DNA of 52,480 bases from a virus (IMGVR_UViG_2740892112_000005); one strand, 5' to 3'. Counted from the stretch's first letter, positions 30,323-38,517 are shown. A program made the numbers and translations. Notes: generated by a model from the sequence alone, not told the origin.

Positions 30323-30590
30323 GCCCACAAGAAAGCCCCTCCGGAGAGGGGCTAAAGCCGCGTATCTGTATCATCATGCACATGGTGCCGGGTGCCTCCC
30401 GGTGAGTTCAGCCCGGTGCCACTAAACCCGCGTCATTCTCGTTTTGATAATCAGAGATTATACCGTCACCAGTCGCCCCTCCGCTCAGGGGGATTCACCA
30501 TGCGAAATTTTTTTAACAAATGCCCAGTCTGACAGGCAACTGTCAACTTACTGAATTGTGAGCAACATAGCATTTAACGGGGAACCTGTT
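30315..30590 (-). repeat. structured non-coding module, copy B (paralogue of 30815-31075), ending in an intrinsic terminator
   Basis: Shares with copy A the blocks CATGGTGAATCCCCCTG.GCGGAGGGGC, ACTCACCGGGAGGCACCCGGCACCATG and the terminator AGCCCCTCTCCGGAGGGGCT + U-run (- strand). Confidence 0.5.
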
Positions 30591-30599
30591 TTCTGCAGT

Positions 30600-30627
30600 A
30601 AAAAGGCCCACCGGAGCGGATGGGCCT
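30600..30627 (-). terminator. intrinsic terminator on - strand
   Basis: GGCCCA...TGGGCC hairpin followed by TTTTT on - strand. Confidence 0.4.
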
Positions 30628-30814
30628 GGAAGGATAGCGGTCATGTGATGCCGGTTTCCCGGTAACTCAGCACCGGTATCTGAGTCAACGTTTTCTCTAC
30701 TGGGTCATTTCCGATACGCCCTGCCTGCTGACAGGCTTTCATCACATCTGAAAATATAGCACCCTGACTGATACTGTAGTACCTAAGGTTCCAGAAACTG
30801 TGATGTATCCGGCA

Positions 30815-31075
30815 CAGAAAAGCCCCTCCGGAGAGGGGCTGGAGAGTGGCACTATGTGCCATTGCATGGTGCCGGGTGCCTCCCGGTGAGTTCAGTATCA
30901 GCACCTGAACCCGCACAGAAAGGATAAGGGTCGGTGACAAAACACCAGTTGCTGATTGCCCCTCCGCACAGGGGGATTCACCATGCCAGTTTCTTTTAAC
31001 AAACTCCCCGCAAACCAGACAACAGTCAACCGCCTGAATTGTGAGGTATTTAAAAATTTCAACGGGTAACTGATA
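30815..31075 (-). repeat. structured non-coding module, copy A, ending in an intrinsic terminator
   Basis: See copy B; terminator hairpin at 30821-30840 with U-run on - strand. Confidence 0.5.
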
Positions 31076-31080
31076 CCCTG

Positions 31081-31233
31081 CTAATCGCCTGATGCTTTCT
31101 TTTTCAGCAACGGGAAAGCAACAACCACCACACCCGCCACCAGCACACCGTCAGCCAGCACTGACATTATCCGGCTGCTGAAGTCCACCATCACCACCAG
31201 AAACAGCAGGAGCGCAACCACAGCCAGACGCAT
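31081..31233 (-). CDS. 50-aa hydrophobic peptide (two predicted TM segments), 8 nt downstream of TerB-like gene
   Basis: MRLAVVALLLFLVVMVDFSSRIMSVLADGVLVAGVVVVAFPLLKKKASGD; weak RBS, below the 60-aa ORF-track threshold. Confidence 0.3.
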   Translation of the reverse strand: MRLAVVALLLFLVVMVDFSSRIMSVLADGVLVAGVVVVAFPLLKKKASGD

Positions 31234-31241
31234 TTTTACCG

Positions 31242-31673
31242 TCACAGATGATTCTCCAGACGAAGGCCCAGAACACCGGCAATCTCTTCCAGCACCTTGC
31301 GCTCTTCCGGCTCTATTTCGCCGTCTGCTTCGGCAATGGCCACCGCCACATCCAGCACGTCTTCCGCTTCACGCGTATCGTGTTTCACATCCTCGATCTC
31401 ACGTAACGCCGCACGACGACCAATTTTAAAGTTCGTATCCAGCTGACCGATAATGGTTGCGCTAATCGCATTAATTTCTGACGTAAACGCGGACAAGGTG
31501 GGCTGGTTACGTAATACCTGTTCGATCTTCGCTTTCTCGGAAGCCTCACATTCACCATCGGCATAAGCCACCAGGTATGCAGCGTTAATCACTGCCTGTG
31601 CCAGATCGCGTTTTTCAAACTTTTTAATTTCCGCAGACGCTCTGCGGGTTTTCTTTTTGAAGATTCCAAGCAT
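31242..31673 (-). CDS. TerB-like (tellurite-resistance TerB domain) protein
   Basis: 143 aa from internal Met with AAGGAA RBS; paired motifs ...AVINAAYLVAYADGECEASE... and ...VLDVAVAIAEADGEIEPEE... typical of TerB-like repeats. Confidence 0.55.
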   Translation of the reverse strand: MLGIFKKKTRRASAEIKKFEKRDLAQAVINAAYLVAYADGECEASEKAKIEQVLRNQPTLSAFTSEINAISATIIGQLDTNFKIGRRAALREIEDVKHDTREAEDVLDVAVAIAEADGEIEPEERKVLEEIAGVLGLRLENHL

Positions 31674-31843
31674 TGTGACGTTCCTTTGGGTGGGTGAGCC
31701 AACGCCCGGGAGCGATCTGCCCACAGAGAAAGTCACACTGACCACTCCGTAAGCTCACCCCCGAAAGGCTCTGTGGTTGATATGCGCCGGGCGTGGCGCG
31801 GATACAAAAAAGGCCCGCAAAAGCGAGCCGGGAAAAATAAGTC

Positions 31844-31920
31844 TGGCGCGTTGTACTGGATTCGAACCAGTGACCGATTGCTTAGAAGGCAATTGCTCTG
31901 TCCGGCTGAGCTAACAACGC
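31844..31920 (-). tRNA. argO: tRNA-Arg (anticodon UCU)
   Basis: Cloverleaf folded by hand: GCGTTGT acceptor, anticodon loop CTTCTAA, T-loop TTCGAAT, 3' CCA encoded. Confidence 0.85.
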
Positions 31921-31934
31921 AGAATGCCGATAAA

Positions 31935-32011
31935 TGGACCGCCATCGAGGACTCGAACCCCGCGCAACCAGCTTCGAAGGCTGGCGCTCTATCCCGATGA
32001 GCTAATGGCGG
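31935..32011 (-). tRNA. argN: tRNA-Arg (anticodon UCG)
   Basis: Cloverleaf folded by hand: anticodon stem CCAGC/GCTGG, loop CTTCGAA, T-loop TTCGAGT, CCA encoded. Confidence 0.8.
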
Positions 32012-32020
32012 TATGTGATA

Positions 32021-32096
32021 TGGTGGCCCTTGCTGGATTTGAACCAGCGACCTGGCGATTATGAGTCGCTCGCTCTCACCACTGAGCTAAAGGGCC
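32021..32096 (-). tRNA. ileZ: tRNA-Ile2-like (anticodon CAU, ileX/ileZ-type)
   Basis: GGCCCTT acceptor, anticodon loop CTCATAA, very similar to E. coli ileX; cannot exclude elongator Met identity from sequence alone. Confidence 0.8.
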
Positions 32097-32136
32097 GGGC
32101 GCAGGATAATAACGGTACGTAACTAATCCTGCAATA

Positions 32137-33195
32137 TCATCCGTTCTGACTGGCTAAATCCTGAACTTCCCTGACCGTCTGTTCAAAACGTTCAGTCTCC
32201 AGCTCAACGCCTGTAGCACGACGCCCCAGCGCCATCGCGGCTTTGACTGTCGAACCCGACCCCATGAAGAAATCTGCAACCAGGTCACCCGGACGACTGC
32301 TCGCACTGATTATCTGCTGCAGCATTTCTGCCGGTTTTTCGCACGGATGTTTCCCGGGATAGTACTGCACCGGTTTATGCGTCCACACATCCGTGTACGG
32401 CACCTGCGCCGTCACGCCAAAATACCGCCGCAGATGCTTATATTCACTCTGCAGTTCCGCATACTGCCGGTTCAGTGAAGTATACGTCTCCAGCAGCTGG
32501 TGGTGGGGCTTTTCCAGTTCACCCCGCTGATGCTTCTCTTCTGCCACCCGGGCAAACAGCGCCTGTAATTTCAGATAATCACTTTCGTTCGGCAGCTGCC
32601 ACTGACTGGCACTGAACCAGTGCGACACCATGTTTTTCTTTCCTGTGGCATCCACTATCTGTTTTGCCGTTATCCCCAGGGCAGCGCGCGCATCACGAAA
32701 GTAAGCAATCAGCGGGGCCATCACATGCTGTTTCAGTGCCCTGCCCTTCGCCTCATACCCGGCATCTTTCGGACGATACGGCCCCTGATAATGTTCCGCG
32801 AACAGAATGCGCTCTGTGGCGGGGAAATACGCCCGCAGGCTTTCCTTGTTGCACCCGTTCCAGCGTCCGGACGGCTTTGCCCAGATAATATGGTTCAGCA
32901 CACTGAAGCGTTCACGCATCATGATTTCGATATCAGATGCCAGGCGATGACCACAGAACAGGTAAAGACTTCCGGCAGGTTTCAGCACCCGCCAGAACTG
33001 CGCCAGACACTGGTCCAGCCACTTCAGGTAATCATCGTCGCCCTTCCACTGGTTATCCCAGCCCTCAGGCTTCACTTTAAAGTACGGCGGGTCCGTGACT
33101 ATCAGGTCAACAGAATTTTCGGGTAACGACCGGATAAATTCCAGGCAGTCGGCGTTGATTAACTCACAACTGGATATTTTTACAGTATTAAGCAT
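32137..33195 (-). CDS. N6-adenine DNA methyltransferase (DPPY motif)
   Basis: 352 aa with DLIVTDPPYF catalytic motif and C-terminal SAM-binding region (…DLVADFFMGSGST…). Confidence 0.8.
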   Translation of the reverse strand: MLNTVKISSCELINADCLEFIRSLPENSVDLIVTDPPYFKVKPEGWDNQWKGDDDYLKWLDQCLAQFWRVLKPAGSLYLFCGHRLASDIEIMMRERFSVLNHIIWAKPSGRWNGCNKESLRAYFPATERILFAEHYQGPYRPKDAGYEAKGRALKQHVMAPLIAYFRDARAALGITAKQIVDATGKKNMVSHWFSASQWQLPNESDYLKLQALFARVAEEKHQRGELEKPHHQLLETYTSLNRQYAELQSEYKHLRRYFGVTAQVPYTDVWTHKPVQYYPGKHPCEKPAEMLQQIISASSRPGDLVADFFMGSGSTVKAAMALGRRATGVELETERFEQTVREVQDLASQNG

Positions 33196-33345
33196 GGATC
33201 ATTAAACCTGTCTCTGATAGGCTCATTCTGCTTTTGCGCAAAGCAGTGGGCCTGAGGTTTGCTTGTGATCCAGACGCATGAGCAGATGGCTGGTGAGTGC
33301 CCCTAACACCCACCAGCCGCCCATTTACCACAAATAAAAAAGCCT

Positions 33346-33543
33346 TCAGGACTGAAGGCGTCTGTAACAACCAAACTGATAGTCTGCCAGACCCGCCATA
33401 ACCAGCTGGGTCAGTATTAACTGGCAGCGTTCGCGTGAAAGGTAAGTATTCTGCGCTATCTCCCCGACTGTCGCCGGTTCGGTAACGCTTAATTCATTAA
33501 ACACCACTCTGGCGGTTTCTGTCATATCCTGCTGTTTTAGCAT
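33346..33543 (-). CDS. small hypothetical protein just downstream of tR-prime
   Basis: 65 aa from internal Met (MLKQQDMTETARVVFNELSV...). Confidence 0.35.
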   Translation of the reverse strand: MLKQQDMTETARVVFNELSVTEPATVGEIAQNTYLSRERCQLILTQLVMAGLADYQFGCYRRLQS

Positions 33544-33661
33544 GTCTTTTTCCCTTTTCCGGTTAACGTGACACACCAATAACTCTTGTCGAAAAAGCCA
33601 GCAAGCTGAAAGACAGGTATTCACCGCCACCAGCGCGTTTACTGTACTGACGCGATTTCAG

Positions 33662-33688
33662 TCATAAAAAACCCGCCAGGCGGCGGGG
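33662..33688 (-). terminator. tR-prime-like intrinsic terminator of the short late leader RNA
   Basis: CCCGCC...GGCGGG hairpin followed by TTTTTT on - strand. Confidence 0.6.
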
Positions 33689-33736
33689 TGTAAAAAATCT
33701 TCTAACGTCAGGCATAAAACGCCCATCGTTAGAGCA

Positions 33737-33764
33737 AATTTACCACAGATTCGGGAAAAATCAA
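33737..33764 (-). promoter_or_regulatory. late promoter pR-prime (TTGATT-16-TAAATT) with pause-inducing AACGATGGG element just downstream
   Basis: Immediately downstream of Q stop; -10 TAAATT and the +2 AACGAT element as in lambda pR-prime. Confidence 0.6.
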
Positions 33765-33769
33765 CAACA

Positions 33770-34591
33770 CTATCGCGTTACCCTCTTTAACTGCCGCTCC
33801 GCCCATGCCTCTTCAATGTCAAACCGAACCACCAACGTATCGTAAAAGCGTTTCACTGATTTTTTCCACGTATCAAGCGTGATAGCACTCGTCACTTTGC
33901 ATATGGCATTAAATGCCTCCGTTGATGGCAGCCTTTCACAGCCACGACCACCACAACGCTGGCAATCTCTGATAACAGGCATACCACGTTTTACCGACTC
34001 TTCACGATGAATGGCGACACCACGCCCACGGCAATCCTTACAGGCGGTGGAAACCTCACCCTTTCCGCCACACTCCGGACAGGCAACTTTTACCACCTCC
34101 CTGACTTTTTTCCATTCTTCCCAGTAAGACGGATACACGCCTTTTGTGCACTTTGCCCACACTGGTGGCTTACCATCCGGATACTGGATCTTGTTTGTAA
34201 AAACCTCGCTTTCAATAAATTTTTTTCCGTGACAGCAGGGGCACTGTTTTTTGCTCGCCGCGCTACGGGCATAATCTTCAAACGCATACGAAGCCATAAT
34301 GCGCATCACTACCGGTTTTATTTCTGCCGGAAGTTTTCTCAACGCCGCCACACGATCGCACCGACTGAGTGCATAATCTGCCAGTAATTCTGTTGCCCGC
34401 GCCCTGTCATTCATACTGATGCCCATTTTCCCCAGGAACGCAGAAAACCCCATCTCAGCCCGATTCTGTGTCATGCCCTGCGCGGCCATCACATCAGTGA
34501 TACTCAGCGCATCTTTTGACGTTGAGGCCGATGCATCGGTCAGGCCAGGGGATTTTGGGGAGTAGTATTTCGGTAAATCTTCCAGTTTCAT
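33770..34591 (-). CDS. Q: late antiterminator Q (phage 82/QuuQ-like, zinc-finger)
   Basis: 273-aa ORF with several CxxC pairs; sits between RusA and pR-prime. Confidence 0.7.
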   Translation of the reverse strand: MKLEDLPKYYSPKSPGLTDASASTSKDALSITDVMAAQGMTQNRAEMGFSAFLGKMGISMNDRARATELLADYALSRCDRVAALRKLPAEIKPVVMRIMASYAFEDYARSAASKKQCPCCHGKKFIESEVFTNKIQYPDGKPPVWAKCTKGVYPSYWEEWKKVREVVKVACPECGGKGEVSTACKDCRGRGVAIHREESVKRGMPVIRDCQRCGGRGCERLPSTEAFNAICKVTSAITLDTWKKSVKRFYDTLVVRFDIEEAWAERQLKRVTR

Positions 34592-34962
34592 TTTTTGACC
34601 TGCTCTTCATGCATTATGGGGTAAATCTTCACCCCCATACGTCCACCAGATACTGGCTGACCACGAACGATATTGATTTCATCAAACTGCTCATCGTCCA
34701 TTAACACTCCCGCATGCGTCAGCGCATCCAGCGGTGCTTTCAGGATATTGTCCAGGTCGCGACGACGCTTATCCGGTGGCTCTGCAATCACCTTTATCGC
34801 CAGCCTTCCGGACAGGCTTAATTTCAGCCGCTGCTGGCGAACAATAAGCGCCACAGCCCGGCGATAACGCTTTCCCTCCTCCGAGATAAAATATGTGCTG
34901 CCACGGCGTCGCCAGTAAGTGTTCACCGTCGGCGGGTAAGGTAAAACCAAATCTATGAGCAT
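34588..34962 (-). CDS. rusA: Holliday junction resolvase RusA
   Basis: 124 aa; ...YPPTVNTYWRRRGS...DLDNILKAPLDALT... typical RusA motifs. Confidence 0.85.
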   Translation of the reverse strand: MLIDLVLPYPPTVNTYWRRRGSTYFISEEGKRYRRAVALIVRQQRLKLSLSGRLAIKVIAEPPDKRRRDLDNILKAPLDALTHAGVLMDDEQFDEINIVRGQPVSGGRMGVKIYPIMHEEQVKK

Positions 34963-34974
34963 CAGTCACCTCTT

Positions 34975-36021
34975 TTACCCAAGCACGCCAGTTGCAAAGG
35001 CGTGATCAAGAAAACGAAAAATTAAATCAACCTGAGAACCATGCTTTTCTTCGAACGCCAGAGGATCCGCATGAAGCTCGTTGTGATGCTCCCGACACAG
35101 CGGTAGCGTGAAAATATCGTGAGATTTTGTCCCCATTCCGCCCTGACCATGACCAATCAGGTGATGGGGATCGTCGGCTGGCTTACCACAACACGCACAC
35201 GGCTGTGTCTTCACCCAGCGTGTGTATTTCTCGTTAACCCAGCGGCGACGTTTAGGTCGTTTCATGAAAGATTCCGGAGACTCAGGATCAACGGCAATGC
35301 TGACCACCGTCTCTTCCTGTGGCGGGTTTTGCTGGTGGGCGTGAGGCAGCGGCGCAAGATTTTTTGTGCGCTGCTTCAGTATGCTGGTGGCGGTCTGCTC
35401 TCCCGGTACGATGTCGCTTTCACGGTACATTGAGCGGATTTTTTCCGCACGCAACCCCAGCGAACGACGTAATACCGCTTCCGGTAGCGCGTCCGCCACC
35501 TGATTGCGGACCGCCCACCAGGATAATTCAGCCAGCGATAATTCCCGTTCCTGCGAGCCATTCATTGCATGGCGTATGACGTCAATCATCCATGCAGACA
35601 GGTTTTGGTGAGCAAGTTGCCCGAGTGATTCGGAGGTCTGGTCGCGCAGCTGGTTGTCGCAGTGCCAGCACAACACCATTGCGCCGGTACCATAACGGTG
35701 AATGACGGTTTCACTGTGGTGATAATCGCCGTGTGGCCACTGGCAGGATTTAACATGGCGCAGTAACCAATCAGACAATGCGCCAGCGCCACCAGCAGCA
35801 CGAATCACTCGTTCGTCGCTGAAAAATGGCAGTAATGATTTATCCTCCGCCAGCGGCTGGCGAACGGCAGGAACGACCCCGGACGGCAGATTACGCATGC
35901 TTTTCGGTTCCGGCTCCACCAGTACCCGGGTATTGTGGAATACCGGCATGGATTCACGGCCCGGCTTAACGATCACCAGCCCGAGTTCCGGTACCAGAAC
36001 AGGTCGAAGTAATACCCGCAC
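34975..36021 (-). CDS. YdfU/NinG-like DUF968 protein with HNH-like C-terminus
   Basis: 348 aa; C-terminal CACCGK...HHLIGHGQGG...CREHHNELH. Confidence 0.65.
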   Translation of the reverse strand: MRVLLRPVLVPELGLVIVKPGRESMPVFHNTRVLVEPEPKSMRNLPSGVVPAVRQPLAEDKSLLPFFSDERVIRAAGGAGALSDWLLRHVKSCQWPHGDYHHSETVIHRYGTGAMVLCWHCDNQLRDQTSESLGQLAHQNLSAWMIDVIRHAMNGSQERELSLAELSWWAVRNQVADALPEAVLRRSLGLRAEKIRSMYRESDIVPGEQTATSILKQRTKNLAPLPHAHQQNPPQEETVVSIAVDPESPESFMKRPKRRRWVNEKYTRWVKTQPCACCGKPADDPHHLIGHGQGGMGTKSHDIFTLPLCREHHNELHADPLAFEEKHGSQVDLIFRFLDHAFATGVLG

Positions 36022-36022
36022 G

Positions 36023-36307
36023 TTACCTCCAGATGCGTTGCTGGAATGTGCGGGACGGACGCGGTGGGCGTTCGGAATAAGGGAGTCTGACGTAGATTAT
36101 CCAGTGACGATAATCGAGGGTGAGGGCTTTCCTAAACTCATATCCACGTCTGCGGTAGTTATGAATCAGCCATTCGGCCTGTTCTTCAGTACAGGGATCG
36201 TGCTGATACCAGTCATATTTGAATGCGTGAGAACGCCACCCGTGCCTGCTGGCAAAGGCAGAATCAGAATTGCGAAATTTGAAATTATGCGCCATTGTCA
36301 TCTCCAA
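36023..36307 (-). CDS. hypothetical nin-region protein
   Basis: 94-aa ORF adjacent to YdfU-like gene. Confidence 0.4.
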   Translation of the reverse strand: MEMTMAHNFKFRNSDSAFASRHGWRSHAFKYDWYQHDPCTEEQAEWLIHNYRRRGYEFRKALTLDYRHWIIYVRLPYSERPPRPSRTFQQRIWR

Positions 36308-36354
36308 TGGCGCTGCAGGTTGCCAGTTGTTCAGGCTGGCTCACGTATTATAAC

Positions 36355-36528
36355 TTATTCCCGAACTACCTTGAAACCGAGTCTTTCCAAGTATTCAATG
36401 AATGCCTCAACAGATAACACTACATGATCATCAGGAATTAACGCTGTGTAGGTAATACCCCCATTCTCAACGCGCACAGCATAGAGGCCATCTTCACTAA
36501 AAATTTCACGTAATTCTTCGATTTTCAT
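36355..36528 (-). CDS. small hypothetical protein (AT-rich)
   Basis: 57 aa from internal Met MKIEELREIF with GGAAGGA RBS; candidate TTGAAG-18-TAGAAT promoter upstream. Confidence 0.35.
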   Translation of the reverse strand: MKIEELREIFSEDGLYAVRVENGGITYTALIPDDHVVLSVEAFIEYLERLGFKVVRE

Positions 36529-36660
36529 CAACAGAATCCTTCCAGATAAATAGCACTCCCCCTGTTCGGGGTCCATCCCTCTTCTCCCTGCGCGCTACTT
36601 AAGTATTTTTGATTCTATTCTGGCACCGTCCAAAACTTCAAACACGTTGAAAATAAAAAC

Positions 36661-36683
36661 AAAAAACCCGCCGAAGCGGGTAT
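36661..36683 (-). terminator. intrinsic terminator ending the AT-rich two-gene cassette; copy 1 of a duplicated hairpin
   Basis: On - strand: CCCGCTTCGGCGGG hairpin + TTTTTT directly after the peptidase stop; same 21-nt sequence recurs at 38497-38517. Confidence 0.5.
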
Positions 36684-36685
36684 AC

Positions 36686-37792
36686 TCAAACAATCTGGAA
36701 AATATTTCTTGGATTTGTAATAGGTCTGTTGATGGAGAACAACTCACGAATTAAATCTTGGCTCAAGCCAGTTTTCATAAGAATTCTTAGCCAGGTTGCA
36801 TCATCCAGCATTTCAATCGCCTCGGCCAGCATGCCGGGTTCTTCAGGGCGCAAAAGTTCATCACCAGGTTCAACTCTCGTATACCCTCTGGAATTAAGAT
36901 GCATATAGCCAGTTCTTGCCTGTTCCTGGGTCAATAAGCCTAATGCGCTGGCTCGATAAATACACATTTTAAGGCTGATTTTCCATCTAAGTTTAAATTC
37001 AACCAGAGCATTCCAGTCGAATTGCTTACCTCGTATTCGTGGAAATTCTTTAATGAAAGATAACCTGGGAACTAATAAGGCGCTCGAAAAGTGATCGGCT
37101 TGTGATTCCGTAAGTTTATCACCTGTCGTTATGCCCTCATGCATTACTAAATGCCCTAATTCATGACCTAAATCAGAGCGAAATCTACATATGCTTTTTT
37201 TAACATTGTTCCTGATGATAACAGGCCTGTTATTGTGAACAGTAAAAGCATCAACACGATCATCGACTCCCGTAACATGCGCAACGATTACCCCTAAACT
37301 CTCCGCCAATTTAACCATTGATGATATAGGGCCAAGACCTAAATTCCAGGCACGGCGACAATCTTCTGCCACTCGCTCAATATCATTCGGAGTAAGTAAT
37401 TCAGCCCCTGGGTGCTCCGGTATGTTAACGTCAGGAAATTCGATTTCACCTTCAACAGCAGAAATTATAATATTAAGAATCTCAGCCCTGGCCAATACAC
37501 TATTAGTCAGCGTTTGAGTCCTGGACTTCTTACTCCGAAAATGGCAGACATCACTTTCCAGAGCGTATTTTCGTTCAGTAAAAAGAAAACTGGACTTAAT
37601 CATAAGCGCTGAAGATATTAACTCAAGACATTGCTCCGATGGCCTGCACCCCTTCTCCAGTTTGCTAACGAATTGCTTTGTCTTGCCAATTTTTTCGGCT
37701 AACTCTTCACAAGAAAGCCCAACAGCCATTCTCGCTAGTTTGAGCTTATCACCCCGATACTCAGTGAAGTTATTCACCTGATGTTCCATCAC
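36686..37792 (-). CDS. fused XRE-family HTH / ImmA-IrrE (COG2856, M78-like) zinc metallopeptidase
   Basis: N-terminal HTH (…LSCEELAEKIGKTKQFVSKLEKG…), HEXXH motif (HELGHLVMH) in the middle; AT-rich. Confidence 0.7.
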   Translation of the reverse strand: MMEHQVNNFTEYRGDKLKLARMAVGLSCEELAEKIGKTKQFVSKLEKGCRPSEQCLELISSALMIKSSFLFTERKYALESDVCHFRSKKSRTQTLTNSVLARAEILNIIISAVEGEIEFPDVNIPEHPGAELLTPNDIERVAEDCRRAWNLGLGPISSMVKLAESLGVIVAHVTGVDDRVDAFTVHNNRPVIIRNNVKKSICRFRSDLGHELGHLVMHEGITTGDKLTESQADHFSSALLVPRLSFIKEFPRIRGKQFDWNALVEFKLRWKISLKMCIYRASALGLLTQEQARTGYMHLNSRGYTRVEPGDELLRPEEPGMLAEAIEMLDDATWLRILMKTGLSQDLIRELFSINRPITNPRNIFQIV

Positions 37793-38420
37793 TGCTCACA
37801 TCCAAATCTTTATCCTTCGTACGCCGACGAAGAGGCACCTTATTAATCTCCGCTTCGTCAGGGAGTGTGTTATAATCAAGAGGCATAAGCGGCATCGATG
37901 CTGTAGATTGATGAGAAACTATACTAATCTGAGCACCATAAGTATTAAATCCAACAAGAGCTACCTCCCAACGAGGCAGTGTGGACTCTAATTCACCATC
38001 GCCCTCTTCGGATAAAAAAGGCTCAGCTATGACTCGCCATGTAATATCTTGCTCAGCCTCAACATCACCAAACAATGAGAGCTGCTCATACTCTACTTTA
38101 TTTCGACGCAGACGATGTTTCTTTTTGGGGTTATTAATGCAATCTTTGGTAAATTGTAGCGGAACTTTATTTAAAGCAACTACATAGTCCAACCCCTTGG
38201 AAATCATCTCAAGGCCAGGAATTGCATCTTCATTTTGAATAAGATGATTTCTGACCCAATCATAAGCCCTTACACCTTCAGACCAGTTGCTGTCTAATGC
38301 GTGCTTATGATAGTACAGCTGCTCAAGTACGTTAGCGATCTCCGCCAACAAGTGGCGAACATAGTTTTCAGCAAGATAAGGTTGAAATTCCCAACAAGGA
38401 GCTAACTGATTTTCATTCAT
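37770..38420 (-). CDS. hypothetical 216-aa protein, upstream partner of the HTH-peptidase gene (candidate effector/toxin)
   Basis: Stop overlaps partner start by 23 nt; no recognisable motif; AT-rich; candidate TTGACA promoter upstream at about 38479-38484. Confidence 0.45.
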   Translation of the reverse strand: MNENQLAPCWEFQPYLAENYVRHLLAEIANVLEQLYYHKHALDSNWSEGVRAYDWVRNHLIQNEDAIPGLEMISKGLDYVVALNKVPLQFTKDCINNPKKKHRLRRNKVEYEQLSLFGDVEAEQDITWRVIAEPFLSEEGDGELESTLPRWEVALVGFNTYGAQISIVSHQSTASMPLMPLDYNTLPDEAEINKVPLRRRTKDKDLDVSSDGTSGE

Positions 38421-38496
38421 TTCAAGTTTCGCTTTTTTTAGAATTCGTAAACCACATATTTTCGCATTTTTCTATTTTTGTCAACCAGACTAATGC

Positions 38497-38517
38497 AAAA
38501 ACCCGCCGAAGCGGGTT
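38497..38517 (-). terminator. intrinsic terminator after hok-type gene; copy 2 of the duplicated hairpin
   Basis: CCCGCTTCGGCGGG + TTTTT on - strand. Confidence 0.5.

Noticed and set aside
30457-30546. Independent promoters for the structured modules (TTGACA at 30541-30546 and TATAAT at 30457-30462 on the - strand)
   Set aside because: The -35 and -10 hexamers are not at a workable spacing to each other (each lacks a matching partner element), so independent transcription is not supported by sequence alone; kept only as a possibility within the sRNA finding
30641-30940. 99-aa - strand ORF spanning the two structured non-coding modules
   Set aside because: Crosses terminator hairpins and conserved RNA-like blocks, has no RBS, and its sequence is not protein-like; more likely non-coding
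30116-31840. Possible Shiga toxin genes in the canonical slot between the phage tRNAs and nanS-p
   Set aside because: No ORFs resembling stxA (~320 aa) or stxB (~90 aa with signal peptide) are present; the slot holds a TerB-like gene and non-coding modules instead
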